A stretch of DNA of 63,980 nt, the filler included, from Reclinomonas americana ATCC 50394 (taxonomy: Eukaryota), in the NCBI GenBank assembly GCA_048213135.1. It is 9 parts of 6 records of this genome, joined end to end, with 100 filler letters (N's around TTAATTAATTAA, not from the genome) between each part and the next. Parts side by side here need not be neighbours in the genome. Positions count along the whole stretch, not along the records: positions 1 to 7,332 come from PS015417.1; positions 7,433 to 14,579 come from PS015418.1; 7 more parts are not named here. The stretch is one strand, 5' to 3'. The stretch's first letter is position 1. Every line of letters starts with the position of its first letter. The notes below the pieces were generated by a model. It saw nothing but the letters and a program-made list of their open reading frames with translations, was not told where the DNA came from and did no database searches. The position numbers and the translations under genes were made by a program. Shown one piece after another: positions 1 to 13,300 of this stretch.

Positions 1-766
1 GCAAGGCATCAAAATAGGCCTCGGGAACGACAAACGGATTTCCCTATTGAGCACTGTCAGCTTCCTAGTGAACGACAGCATTGGCAACACAAACACACAC
101 ACACACACAACTCTTGTGTCGCCCGCCATCTCGAACGGCACCACAAACGTGAAGAACTCTTGCGGATCCAGCATCTGGCACACTTCGTGTGGAATCGAGT
201 CGCCTGCACAATCGAAACATGAGCACCATCATCTCTCTGAACTTTAAGCAGCACCATCCTCACCATGCGTGGGCACCAGCGGCTTGTCCCACTTGCTGAG
301 GTGGGGATTCACGCCGGCCTGCACCAAGTGCTCCTCCAACGCCGCGTAGTACGTGTTGTACGGCGCCAGATGGAGGCCGCGGCAGGAGGGTGCCACCACC
401 GGGTACAGATTGACACCTACGTAGGCCACCGAGTCGAGCACGTTGCTGAAGGAGGCGCCACGACATGGCGCCAGCAGCTGGATCTTCTCCGAGTGCTCGA
501 CCGACAGTGCGCCGCTGACCGGTCCGAGCACGATCGTGCATCGTCGGCAGCCGAAAATGGACACCGATCTGGGGTATGAGGAAAAGGAGGGGTTGGGCAA
601 AGAAGAGACTTGACTCGCGCCCTCTCACCATCTCCATGGTGCACACCTTGTGCTCTCAGAGGATCTGCTTCGTTCTTTTTCTCTGTCTCCTCTCTTGTTT
701 TCTGCTTGGCTTCACTTTACTCCACTCTGCTGGTTGTTGATTACCTCCAGACAAACTAGCGTAGAC

Positions 767-807
<41 letters not shown>

Positions 808-908
808 NNNNNNNNNNNNNNNNNNNNNNNNNNNNNNNNNNNNNNNNNNNNNNNNNNNNNNNNNNNNNNNNNNNNNNNNCCCTACGACAAACTAACGTAC
901 GTACGACG

Positions 909-945
<37 letters not shown>

Positions 946-3900
946 CACCCTCTGTCTTCCACGCATTCTCTTGCAATTATGTTCACATATTATTAGCTGC
1001 TTGTTGTTTCTTCTGCTCCTTTTTTCCTCGTTGCCTCCCGCTACCACACAGACAAACACACTGTCTCTCACTCGCACAGAAGACTCACGTTTTCCTCAAT
1101 TCCATCACTGTACCCCTATCGCTTCTCTCGCACAGGAACACAACTGTCTTCTTCTCTCACTTCTTCACTGTCTATCTGCTTGCATGTTTCTGCTCTTCCC
1201 TTTCTTTCTCCTTCAGCTTGTCGCTCTCTATTACAGACAAACACGCTGCGTTTGTCACTTGCGCAGGAGATTCACTCTTCTTATCATTTCCGTCTGTCTG
1301 CCCATCTCGCATACGTTCACATCGCCTTCTGTTCTCACATGCTTCGTTCCCTTCTTGATCGTGTCAGTTTGTGTGTTCCAGCTGGTCCCTTTTTCCACTC
1401 TCCTCTCTCTCTCCCTGTCGCTCTCTATCTCACATAATCTCACCTCGTCTATAATTCTATGTTTTCATCTCATCCTCAGTTCAATCTCGATATCGCTTCT
1501 GCATTTTCTTTCCCTTTCCCCCTTCCCCCTTCCCCTTCACCCCTTCCCCCCCTTTCCCCTCCTCCCTCCTCACCGCAGCGGTCCCAGCAGATAAATGTAA
1601 CACGACGTGGCACCAAAAATGCGCACATCCACATTGGCCAAATCGTCGGCCGACGCCGTGCGCAGAATGGTGGTCTTTGACAGATTGGTGAGCGACAAGA
1701 GACCCGCAGTGACCGTGGCCTTGTGTGTTGGTGGCTCCATTGGTCTCCACGAGCAGCCGGTGAGCGCAGAGTTGAGGGCACGCTGCGACGTGTGCCGGGT
1801 GGTGAGCATTTCCCACGTGCGACTCCTCACAGATTGCCCTCTCACCTCGACAGCGGCAGTGGAACAGGGAAGTGGTGGCAGTGCGTGTCGCAGCGGGTGT
1901 CCACGATCGCCGTTCTGGAGAATGAACTCCAGGTTGCGTACCGAGGCCTCGTCAATCTGCAGGAATCGCAGTCACTAACAAAAAAAGTGCAATCTCGATC
2001 AGTATTACAATGTAAAACTGCACCTGGTCCGTCGCGCCATTGGCCAGCAGCAGGAACTCATGCAGACTGCGCTGAATGTACGAACGGAAACTGTCGCCGA
2101 GTGTCGACTGCAGTGGTGCGATGTGAGAACGATGGCACGCGACGACGGCGGCGGCAACTGTGATGGGTGTGGAACCTTTTGTGCAAAGGCGGCACTCTTG
2201 CTTGGTGAGTGTGAGAGTGGTGAGCTTGCGCCCGACGGTGACGGCTCGCTGCTGTCCTGTGCATTCGGCCATCTGCGGAGGAGAAGCGTAAGATGCCTTG
2301 ATGAAAAAATGATGCTCTCTGCACGTAGGACAGACGCAACGTGGCATCCATGTGTTGCCGCGGGCTGCGCGTTGTGGAGCGCACAAACAGCTGGCAACCG
2401 AGGAACAGGGCGAACTTTTCTTTTGGTGCCGCGCGATACTTTTCAAAGTCATCGACTGCGGACGATTGATCGATTGATCAGCACCGACGCGCACCGTGGC
2501 GAAAATAAAAAGAACGCAACTTTCGCCGGCTTCCCGTGCTCCTAGTTCCTCCCGCGTGCGCAACACAAACTCTTCCGACGGAGCGCCCTCCAGCATCAAA
2601 AACAACTCAAACAGACTGGCCAACAGCAGTAAATGAGGGGCAGGACGGACGAGTGCGAGAGGAAACGGGAGGAGACGCAACACTCGCGCCTGGCTCTCCG
2701 ACAGTCGCAGTGACTCTGCAGCAGTCTCCATCCATTCCCAGAATCTGCGGGGCGGATCAGCAGCAGAGCGACGCAGCGAAGCACAGGAGGAGGAAGCACA
2801 GCAGAGCGACGAAGCGAAGCACAGCAGAGCGAAGAAGTGAAGCACAGCAGAGCGAAGAAGTGAAGCACAGCAGAGCGAAGAAGCGAAGCGCAGCAGAGCG
2901 ACGCAGCGAAGCGCAGCAGAGCGACGAAGCGAAGCACAGCAGAGCGATGCAGCGAAGCACAGCAGAGCGATGCAGTGAAGCACGGCAGAGCGAAGAAGCG
3001 AAGCACAGCAAAGCGAAGAAGCGAAGCACAGCAGAGCGAAGAAGCGAAGCACAGCAGAGCGATGCAGCGAAGCACAGCAGAGCGATGCAGTGAAGCACGG
3101 CAGAGCGAAGAAGCGAAGCACAGCAGAGCGAATAAGCAAAGCGCAGCAGAGCGAAGAAGCGAAGCACAGCAGAGCGACGAAGCGAAGCACAGCAGAGCGA
3201 CGCAGCGAAGCACAGCAGAGCGACGCAGCAAAGCACAGCGATGCAGCGAGGCACAGCACAGCGATGCAGCGAGGCACAGCAGAGCGATGCAGCGAGGCAC
3301 AGCAGAGCGACGCAGCGAAGCACAGCAGAGCGATGCAGCGAGGCACAGCAGAGCGACGCAGCGAAGCACAGCAGAGCGACGAAGCGAAGCAAGACAGAGC
3401 GATGCAGCGAAGCACGGCAGAGCGACGCAGCGAAGCACAGCAGAGCGACGAAGCGAAGCAAGACAGAGCGATGCAGCGAAGCACGGCAGAACAACACGCA
3501 AGAAAGTACAGAAGCTGCGAAACATCCCAGCAATTCATCTCGTCCACCCTCCACTGTGCACGCAACTGCAGCTCCGGTGGCCACTCCGCCACCAACCGCA
3601 GCAACGCCGCAAAGTTGTACGTCGGCGGCAACGCAATGTGCAACAGACCACACTCGAACACTGCCGAGCGCACGACAACCTCCGCCTGTGACGACGCAGA
3701 AGCTGTGCCTCCCGTGGCTGTGGAAGACGACGATGATGATGATCCGCCAGAGGAGCCGAGCTTGCCGCCCTGCAGATGCGATTGACAAGTGGTGTGAGAG
3801 AGAGAGAGAGGGTGAAGATGTGCAAGGATGTGATCGATGTCTTGCTGGAATGAAAGAGTGAGATGCGTGTTGAAGTGTGCGAGTGAGTGTGTGTGTGGAA

Positions 3901-4010
3901 CTGGGGGTGAGAGAAGTTCGTGAATGAGACAAGACGAGCAGATTGAAGAGGGACTGTTACTGCATGTGCAACACAAAGCGTGTGTCTGTGCGGGCGTGTA
4001 TGTGTGTGTA

Positions 4011-4041
<31 letters not shown>

Positions 4042-4339
4042 GAGAAGAGAACGATATTGAGATAGATGATGCAACACACGTGTGCATTTGTGTCTGCTTG
4101 CGATTACAGACAGCAGGCAGCGAGTCTGAGTGTGTGTGTGTGCGAGTGAGAGTGTGTGTGAGAGAGAGAGACTCAACTCGTCCACCACCAGCCGACGAAA
4201 AGGCACCACTACTCGCACTCACAGTAGAGCTGCCTCCACGACTTCCAGCACCAGCAGCAGAAGAACCACCTCCACTGCCAGTGCCACCAGCAGTAGCAGC
4301 AGGCGTGCTGCTCACGTTCCCAGTGCGTCGAGTGGCCAT
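1..4339 (-). CDS. TBCCD1: TBCC domain-containing protein 1 (multi-exon; 3' end runs off the window)
   Basis: ATG at 4339 (MATRRTG...). Spliced exons give VVVRSAVFECGLLHIALPP, FWEWMETAAESLRLSESQARVLFELF, VRIFGATSCYIYLLGPLR|SVSIFGCRRCTIVLGPV, LAPYNTYYAALEEHL...WDKP and QMLDPQEFFTFVVPFEMAGDTR|GNPFVVPEAY, colinear with the TBCCD1 family as I recall it. Confidence 0.88.
2760..3490. repeat. 23-bp minisatellite (about 31 degenerate copies) inside a TBCCD1 intron
   Basis: Unit GCACAGCAGAGCGA(C/T/A)G(C/A)AGCGAA repeated head to tail. On the minus strand it lies between a GTACTT donor and a CCGCAG acceptor. Confidence 0.95.
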
Positions 4340-5465
4340 GGCGCGAAAAAACGACAGAGAAACAAAACAAACTTTCTTGTGCGTGTGACTGTGTTTCGAC
4401 AATCGCTCTCTCTTTCTCTCTGTCTTGTAGTGTTGCTGTTGCGCTGATACACACAAGAGCGCGCGCGATGTGACGATGCACCGTTTGCGCGAGCAGGTGC
4501 ATTTGTCTGCGATTGGCCTCGATTTTACATAATTGCGGCCGATCGGCAGCGGCAACAACAGCAGCTTTACTAATTCAAGCAGCAGCACAACTGCATGATA
4601 ATCACCATCTTGAGTGAGCACCAGAGGCGAAGACTTTCCGGAAAACAATATCATGAATTCGAATTCGAAATGCGCATGCGTGCTGTTTCATGCCGGCGTT
4701 TCTGCAACAACAACAACAACACCATGCTACTCCATGCAGCACCGCAGCTGCGAAATAATCAGCATCTCAAGCGAGCGCCCGAAGCACAAACTTTTCGGGA
4801 AAGTTTGAAAGAATGCGAATTCGAAATGTCACAGCTGGCGTTACTGTAACGTGGACACGTAGAACGATGAGGTTGCGTTCGATAGGCAGGTGTTATTCAA
4901 CTGCCGTTGCGGCCCGCAGGTGTGAACTCCTCGAAAAACGGAAAACACTTCCAGTTGAATTCGTAAATTCATCACCAAGCGGATCCAACAGCCCTGGAAT
5001 CCTTTCCCGGCAATTGCCTTGCCACTTCTACTATATTCATATCGCACAATAGCACTCCGTACGGCCATCTTTTCTTTGGAATTCAAGAAGCAGCTGCAGT
5101 TGCGTTTTCATGCATATGATCATGCAAAATGCAAATGTCGGCGTTGCGAGCTGCGATTCACCGGGAAGCCGCTACGTCCGCGTATGCCAACCCAATGTAC
5201 AATGCTCTACACTGCACAGGAGCCTCGCAGTTTTCTGACTTCGACGGTCGCCGTCCACGGATCCGCACAACGTCGACGTCGTTGAATTCAACTCTTCAGC
5301 GCACACCGCCATCAACGCACGCACGCACACACAGCGCACACCACCACAACCAGAAAACGCCAAACCAATCCACGCACTCCATTCCACGCACAAGGCGGAC
5401 ACGGAACGTCGACAAATTACAAAACACGCACACACACACGCAAGCATACGCACAACGCACACACA

Positions 5466-5930
5466 ATGGCCAGCACTCGCAAAGCCGAAGGTCAGTGCCA
5501 CACACACAAACACACACACACTCTCACACACACACAATGCAAAAATTACGAATGTGCTCGGCGGCTCCCCCTCTCTCACTCTCTCACACTCTCACACATA
5601 ACACACACACAGGCTTTGCCAAGCTCATTGGACCCGACTTTGAGTACCTGGTGCAGCGCATGAGCATCACCTTTGGGCGGTTTCCTGCAGCAGCAGCAGC
5701 CGCGGCCGCAGCTGCTGCCGCCAAGTCGCCTCCTTCCGGGGATGTGGGCGCAGGAGCAGTGTCTTCTTCTTCGTCGTCATCCTCCTCCGACTCTGTGGAT
5801 GTGTATGTGGGACGCGACAAGAAGCTGTCGCGGAAGCACGGGAGGATCTACTATGATGTGGAACAGAGGCGATGGATGGTGCAAGTGATTGGTCGCAATG
5901 GGTTGTGTGTCGATGGGAAGGAGTTGAGTG
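5466..5930 (+). CDS. FHA-domain protein (FoxK/Fkh1/FHA1 type), 5' exons; 3' end unresolved
   Basis: MASTRKAE|GFAKLIGPDFEYLVQRMSITFGR...VDVYVGRDKKLSRKHGRIYYD...WMVQVIGRNGLCVDG contains the FHA GR, SRxH and GxNG motifs. GT-AG intron at 5491-5612. Confidence 0.85.
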
Positions 5931-6149
5931 TGGCGGGCACAGGGGGAGGGTGCAGGGGGAGGGAGAGAGAGAGCAAGAAGGAAAAGCGTGTGAGAGGGAT
6001 GAATGAGAACTCAGAGAGAACGTGTCTGTGCGTCTGTCTACCTAAGTCTTTATGCACCAGGGAGTAGCTGCAAGCAGTGTGTGAGTGTGAGTGTGTGAGG
6101 CTGTGTGTCTCTATCGCTCGCTCCACTCGGAGATTTGCTCGTGATTAGT

Positions 6150-6391
6150 GTCGCTGTGCGGGTTTGCTTCGTCGTGCCGCCTTCTCCCGCGCACGAAGCA
6201 GTTTGAGAGATGTTGCACAACTCACTCTCTCTCTCTCTACACGTTATGGGGTCCTTCGATCTGTTCTGTGCGTGTGCGTGGATATGTCTGTTTCTCTCGC
6301 TTGCATCGCTCGGAGTTTTGCATGCGCTGTGCGGGTTGCTTCCACTTGCCGCCCTCTCGCGCGCACGAAGCAGTTTGAGAGATTGCACAGC

Positions 6392-6429
<38 letters not shown>

Positions 6430-6608
6430 CTCGTACGACGAACCGTACCGTACGTCGTCGTCGTCTGTTGTCGTGTCGCGTGTCGTCGTCGGTCGTAGTA
6501 CGTANNNNNNNNNNNNNNNNNNNNGCGCGTCGTTGTCGGGTTCGGGTCGTTCCTACCTTCGTCCGCCCGTCCTCGCGCGCACGAAGACAGTTGTAGAGAT
6601 TGTCACAC

Positions 6609-6643
<35 letters not shown>

Positions 6644-6810
6644 ACATTGCGGAGAAACCCTCGGTCTGCGATCTGTGTTCTGTGCGTGTGCGCGTGATAT
6701 GTCTGTCTCTCTCGTTTGCATCTCTCAGAGATTTACATGCGCTGTGCGGGTTGCTTCGTCGTGCCGCCCTCCCGCGCGAAGCAGTTTGAGAGAAGTTGCA
6801 CAGCTCACTC
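6150..6810. repeat. Degenerate tandem repeats (three or more copies)
   Basis: GCTGTGCGGGTT...CGCGC(AC)GAAGCAGTTTGAGAGA..TTGCACA.CTCACTCT recurs near 6153, 6326 and 6741. Confidence 0.75.
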
Positions 6811-7376
6811 TTTCTCTCTTGCTTTCTGCAAATGAGGCAGCCTTTCTCTCTCGCATGCTTCTCGTGCTTGCACGTTCCCTGCTTTGCAGCCACCAGCAGC
6901 TTGAGAGAGGTGGCTTTTTTGTTCTGCCAGTTCTGGCAGTGGAAGAGAGAGAGAGACACACGTGATAGGCGCTCTTGAACTTCCCGTTTGCACCTTGATA
7001 ACAGAGAGAACTTGTTTACGAGAGAACGCTCTGTGCTTTTCATACAGGCAGACTCGAGCGAAGAAAGTGATCGTTACAGACGTGCCAGGAAACGCAGTCT
7101 ATCTTGCTCATCTTCCCGAAACACTCTTTGTCTCCATTGTGTTTTCCTTTCGCTCTTTCTTCCTGTGTTCCTTCTCCTGAGAGTGGGAGTGCGTGTGCGC
7201 GCGCGTGCTTCGTACATGCGCCATCTCACTTGCGTGATTTCTCACTTGCGCGATTTATCCGTAGCTGTCGTGTTCTCTTTGCCATTTCAAACTCTCTCGT
7301 TTTCATCTCGCGCACCTTTGTTCCCTTTCGTTNNNNNNNNNNNNNNNNNNNNNNNNNNNNNNNNNNNNNNNNNNNN

Positions 7377-7388
7377 TTAATTAATTAA
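7377..7388. other. Scaffolding linker TTAATTAATTAA between N runs (also at 14624, 24423, 29578, 46275, 51458, 60010 and 62787)
   Basis: Identical 12-mer with stop codons in all six frames, always embedded in N runs; an assembly artefact. Confidence 0.97.
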
Positions 7389-8074
7389 NNNNNNNNNNNN
7401 NNNNNNNNNNNNNNNNNNNNNNNNNNNNNNNNGGGGAAGGGGAAGGGGGGAGAAGGGGGGAAAAGTGGAAAGTGAGATCGACGGCGAGAGCAGAGCGACC
7501 TGAGAAAGACATCATGGAGAGACCGGGAGAAGGAAACCAGATAAAGAAGTAACAGAGCCAAGTTGGAATGACTCAATTGCTTCCCATTCTACAAGGTGAA
7601 CAGCTCGAGACTCCATACCAAGTCGCCGAGAACGGCAGCAAAGGGTCAGGAGACTGCATACGCGGTGCGGCACCGCCTGCACCGGACACATAACGCGGCA
7701 GTGGCGGCAGAGGTTCAGGCACCGGCAGCAATCGGAACGTGCCTGCACCACCAGCCTCCGCACCACCCGCACCGACAGGGCCCCGTTCGAGAGAGCGAGA
7801 GAAGAACAGAGCCAAGTTAAACACATTCCATTCCTAGAGGAACTGAGAGAGTTGGCGTGTGCAACGAGAAGATGAAGTGCTTGTGCTTCTACCTCACCGC
7901 GACAGGGAGAAGCGAGAGCAATGAGCAAAACTGAGAGATGCAACACTTCTCCTTTTCGCAGAGAGCGGGAGAGTGTGAACAAAGAAAGGAGGGAGGCCCT
8001 AACTCACTGCGACAGAAGAGCAGAGCGAACTGAGAAATACTTCACTCCCATCCCTCGCCCCTCTCCCTCTCCAC

Positions 8075-10094
8075 CTACCAGCATTCCATCCGACACAGCA
8101 AAATTGAGCGACGACGGCGTATGAATGTCACACTCCGCCTGCAGTGTCATGACGCGGATAATGGTCTGACGCAGTGCCGTACACATTTGCACACTGGTAA
8201 ACTCGGCAGTATCGAGGTCCTGTGGATGGCAGCCAGTGTTAGCAAATGAGAGCGCTTTTTCTTTCTTGTCCAACTCCTCTTTCTTTTTCTCTCTCTCTTT
8301 CTCTCTTTCGCCTCTATTCCCTTCCTCTCTCCCCCCTTCTCTCTCTTTCCCTTTCCCTTTGCCTTCCCACAAACCATGTTGGGGTCGCCCACCACTTCGC
8401 TCAACAAAATCTCCACAAACAGGCCAAACACATGCTCCGTGTCGGTGGTGCCCTCGATCTGCGACCAGATGCGCTCGCTCAGCATCGACAGCAGCTTGCG
8501 TCGAATGTGCGAAAAGCCCGCCACCGAGCCGTTGTGCATAAACGTCAGCACGCCCATGCGGAACGGGTGGCAGTTGGTGATGATCGGGAGGCCGGTGGTG
8601 GCGGCTCGTACGTGTGCGAGCACCGTGTTGGCTGCGAAGGGGAATTCGAAGGGAGGTGAGTGGGGAGGGAGGAGGCGCAAGGCACAGGGTACGGAGGCGC
8701 ATGCGATGAAAGGCAGTGGAGTGCGAGAAAGTGAGCGCTGGCAATCCAAGGGAGGACAAGGCGCAATGAAACGTAGCGATGAGGAAGAGAAACGGTGCAT
8801 GACTGGGTAGTGGAGCAACGGTAAACGTGGAGGGTGCAGATTGGCAGAAGTGGTGGGAGATGAAGAAGAGAAATGGCGAAGGGATGTTGAAGAGACCGGC
8901 GATGGCATAAAGGTTGTGAAGAAGGCACATTGCAAACATGGTGGCACAGAGAGGCGAAGGATAAAGAAGCGCAGAGTGCATAGATCGCAGCGTACAGAGA
9001 AGAGAGCGACAAGGCTTGCAAGCGGCAGAAGTTGTGAGCGCAAGGGCAGCGATGAAGGAAGCAGGGCATGGTAACTGCGAGTTTGGAGAGTGCAGATCTG
9101 AGCGTCCGCACCCTCCAGTACAAGCTAACGGGAGTGGCGAAGACAAGGCGCAATGAAAGGAAGCGATGAGGAAGAGAAATGGTGCGCATGCACGACTGGG
9201 TAGTGGAGCAACGGTAAACGGTTGGCAGAAGTGGTGGGGAGATGAAGAAGAGAAATGGCGAAGGCTACGCGAGCAATGTTGAAGAGAAAGGCGATGGCAT
9301 AGCAATGCTGAGTAAAGATGGCGCAGTGCAAATCATGGCAGCACAGAGCGGCGAAGGATAAAGAAGCGAAGAGTGGATAGGTCGCAGCGAACTGCAAGTG
9401 GCAGAAACTGTGAGTGCTGAGATGTGCGCAGCAATGGAGAAGAGGAGCAGACGAGTTTGGAGGGTGCAGATCTATGCGACTGCGAGATACAGTGCAGTGC
9501 AATCTAACGACGAGGAAGCGAGGGGCGTCAATGACAGCAAGGCGCAATGAAAGGAAGAGAAGAGCTGTGTATAGTACGTCCACGATGAGCACCGATCGCA
9601 CAAAAAAAGCACAGCGAATATGCGACGACCCAGACGGGCNNNNNNNNNNNNNNNNNNNNGTTGATGGCGTGATTGCGTTTGGAGAAGGAGGGGTCGGTGG
9701 CATCGACGCCGGGCGCGTAGATCTCCATGTGTCTCGACTGTGAGACGAGCGAGTTGGTCGGGCGAGTCAGCAGGGTGCAAACGGCGATGCGGTGGCCTGC
9801 AAAGGGGAGTGAGTGATTTGAGTGATCGTTGAGATTCAGAGATTCGACGATGCGTGACATTGTAGACACGTGTGGTGAAGAGCAGGGAGTGAGTGAGGCG
9901 TGAGAGAGAGAGAGAGGGGAGAGGGAAGAGAGATAGTGTGTGAGAGTGTGTGTGGGAGAGAGAGAGAGATACAGAGAAATCGACCGTTGAAAAACGATTG
10001 GGCGCGAATTGAGTGTGTGTGCGCGCGTGAATGAGAGTGAGAGAGCGAGTGTAGGAGGGCGTGACGTACCGCGATAGATGAGCCAACGGCACAT
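8075..10094 (-). CDS. Class II glutamine amidotransferase (DUG3/EgtC/YafJ family); 3' exons not located
   Basis: Starts MCRWLIYRG (Ntn catalytic Cys2), followed by LLTRPTNSLVSQS, AHVRAAT, NCHPF, FMHNG, IEGTTDTEH and SSLNFAVSDG. Confidence 0.9.
8750..9565. repeat. Degenerate intronic tandem duplication, period about 390 bp
   Basis: CAAGGCGCAATGAAA.G.AG... recurs at about 8757, 9144 and 9538. The first two copies also share GACTGGGTAGTGGAGCAACGGTAAACG. Confidence 0.7.
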
Positions 10095-10160
10095 GATTGG
10101 CGGTGTGAGAGAGAAACGACGGAAGAGAGGGTGAATTGGATTGACCGCTGCGATTTTGGT

Positions 10161-10255
10161 TTCTCGAATGTTCGAATCCGCAACTTTCCAACAAACGAAG
10201 TTACCCTCTTACAGCTGCTGACATGGATGCTTGCGACCTGCAGAATATGACACTC
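10161..10255. repeat. Degenerate direct repeat, left copy (partner at 14393-14520)
   Basis: TTCTCGAATGTTCGAATCCGCAACTT..ACAAACGAAG..CAGCTGCTGACATGGATGCTTGC..AATATGACACT. Confidence 0.7.
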
Positions 10256-10377
10256 AGACCATCTGAGCTGCATCTGCAAACCACAGACTCGGCGTCGGCA
10301 CAAGTGTTTTCATTGACCGTCGCACCCCTCACCACTCACAAGTGACCACACTCTCACTGTGTTGTCAGCACTCCAAC

Positions 10378-13300
10378 TCACAATATGCCATCAGGGGTGA
10401 CAGCAACAGACGTCACCACGACGCTGTATCCCTCAAATCGACGTACTTCTTCTCCGCTCGCCGCAGACCACGCGCTCATTCGGGCTGTCTTGTCATAACT
10501 ACCACTTAAAGAATGACAGTGTAGACAGCTGCAGGCCCGACTATCGGCCTCCTTGGCCATTTCACGCCTGTCACATCCGCTCCTCTGAAATCCGCCTCCC
10601 TCGCATATGTCATGCACACATTCACCCCTCTCAAATCCGCTCCCTCACTCGCACACCCGACAAATCTCGCCCACTGAACGACACTTGCGCCACACATAGC
10701 ACCGTCGCCGCATTCGCTGCGGCCGTCACCAATCGCTCTTCATCAACCTCTCGAGACATCTCAATCACCTCCCACAGTCTCGCTTGCAACGCAGGAGATC
10801 GACGCACCACCTCGGCCATTTGTTCCACCAACGATGGTCGATCATTCAGCAGTCGCACTGCCAACACATGCTGCTGCACATCTTCTATCGTCAATCTCCT
10901 CTTCTCATCCCACGTCTCCCACGCAAACACATGCCGTGCCACAAAGTGTTCCAGCAACGACAGATGCACAAATCCCCACTGCGTCGTGCCATACCGTCGC
11001 ACAATCGGACAGCACACGCGCGCATGCTGGCTCTTGTGGCCGAGGAACTTGTCAAATGGCCCCTCTTCCATCGGCCGGCGATCGAGTGGCGCACCACCAA
11101 AGTCCGCTCCATCATCTCCATCGTCGGCCGACCGACTATCCGTCACAGACACACGCACCACGTTTCTCTCGTGCATCAACCGTGCCAGTCCCTCACAGAA
11201 TGCCAGACACGTTTCCTCGCTTGGAACACAATCCGCGCCAAGGCGCCTCTGCTTTTCTCGCTCCCGCTCAATCCACTGTCGAATAAATCGGTCAAACACA
11301 TCGCGGCGAGTCGGCCGCTGCACGCCACTCGCGACCAACTCCGGCAACGCACGGGCCACCACTGCCAGCAGGAACGGATTCGTCACCAGTGCATCCAGTC
11401 CATGCACACTCTTCAGTACACGAATGTACTCCTCGGCAGTCAACCATCTTACTTCACCGTCATCGTCATCATCACCACCCACATGCACCAGTCGCTCAAA
11501 GTACTCCTCAATCTGCTCCTTGTTGAACGGTGCAATGTGTCGCTCCGTCAACTGTTGCATGCACAACTGTCCGCGTGTATCCACGGGAGCAAAGAGATGT
11601 CGATACTGCGTCACTCCACCCAGTACTGTCAGTGCATAATCGCCTCGGCAGGTGATAATCACCTTCACATCTCGACATACATCAAGTTGGCACACGGTAA
11701 AGAGATTCGCGTGCGCCTGACAATGCACCTCATCGTACCCGTCAAGCAATAACAGCAACGGCTCATCCTTCAGCCGTCGTACATCCGACTTACTGAGACC
11801 CATGTCGGGTGACAGTCGCCCCAGTGACTTTTCCAACAGTTGCTGGTCGACATTACGCAGTGCAACAAGTGGCACACGCACCGGTATTCGTCGCCGACTC
11901 GCTCGAGAATGCTGCCACTGTCGCCACGCTCGCCCAGCCAGCACCGACATGGTGGTGGTCTTGCCAATCCCACTGTCTCCAAACAGCACCAGTACACGGT
12001 GGGCCGTGTTGGCATCGGAGAGGAAGGCATCGACCTCCGTCAACAGATGTGTCATCTTGTCACTCGAAGAGACATCGCGCTCACAAGAGCACAGCAGCGG
12101 CACATACATCTGCATGTTCTCCCGCACACCCTCGTCAAGTTGGAAGAACGAGAGCTCACGCATGACCAATGCATGCAATCGATCTTCATACGTGCTGATG
12201 ACATGGTGGACGTTACGAGCCTCGCAAATACGAGCAGAGAATCGAGCACGCTCGTCATCCGCCAGCTGCAGTCGGGTGAGAACAGCAAGGAAGAGGCCGT
12301 CGTTGCCTACGTAATGCTGCACTGTGGCCTCCGTCGGCGCAGACGAACTGTATAATAACCAGTTCAGTTTCTCTCTCAACTGGTTCAGACCCTTCCATTC
12401 GTCAGCATCGTCAATCAGCAGCAGATTGTGACCGCCATCCAGTACAAAGCCGCCAAACAGCAGGATCGATACCAAGGCCGTCACGTCGAATGCAGCACAC
12501 GAGGGATCGCAGGTGGAGTCGACGTCAAACGCCGCACGCCAAGCCACCACTGCAGACTGCCCCTCCTTGAATAGAATGACATGCCCGGGATGAAGCGGAG
12601 CATGTAAGTCGTACCACGCCCCGATCGCCACTGGATGCATACACAATGGAGGCGTCCATACGTCGGGAGTCCACGCCCGCACATCAAAGTCGGGATGGTC
12701 GCGACTGAACTGTGCCAGCACGCGTTGACAGCGCAGACGCACAGCATCAACCACCACCTCAAAGGCCATGTTGATGCGCTGCGAGTTGATCATGCTGCGT
12801 GAACACACACACACGCACACACATACACAGAGAGAGAGAGAGGCGTAGTCAGCAAGGAGTGATGCGGAGTGATGCAGAAAGCAAGAAATTGGCAACGTTG
12901 CCGGCAAGGAACAACCCGAGTCTCTCGATCAATTTTGAGGGTGAGTCGCACAGAGGATTACATCCTACACACACAGATACACACCTCTCACTTCCGCTTC
13001 CGCTCCTTCGACTCGACTCGGGCACCAAGCCCGGCGTCGCGCGCACGACGAGACGAGTAGAGGAGTTGATGCCCAGATCCGTCAGTTCCAATACGGCAGC
13101 CTTTGCAATATTGTACGCCACCGGCTTCTCCACACCCACAATCTCCATCTGCCCGTCTCCACTCTTCTCGCGCAGCAAACGAGTGGCCTCGCACAGCAAG
13201 TCGGAGAGGAAAGACGCGGGTGACATGCCCTTCACCGCCACCGACAGCGATGAATCATGCGTCACACTCACGGGGACGGAAAACTGTGCGTTTAGGCAGT

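Noticed and set aside
2760..3490. Regular repeat array and long Cys/Arg-rich ORFs (900, 391 and 309 aa) suggesting a CRISPR array or repeat protein
   Set aside because: The 23-bp units are contiguous with no unique spacers and lie inside a TBCCD1 intron. The ORFs arise because the unit has no stop codons.
10161..10173. Perfect heat-shock element TTCtcGAAtgTTC upstream of the DUG3-like gene
   Set aside because: Only nine specified bases; a single match in 64 kb is unremarkable on its own.
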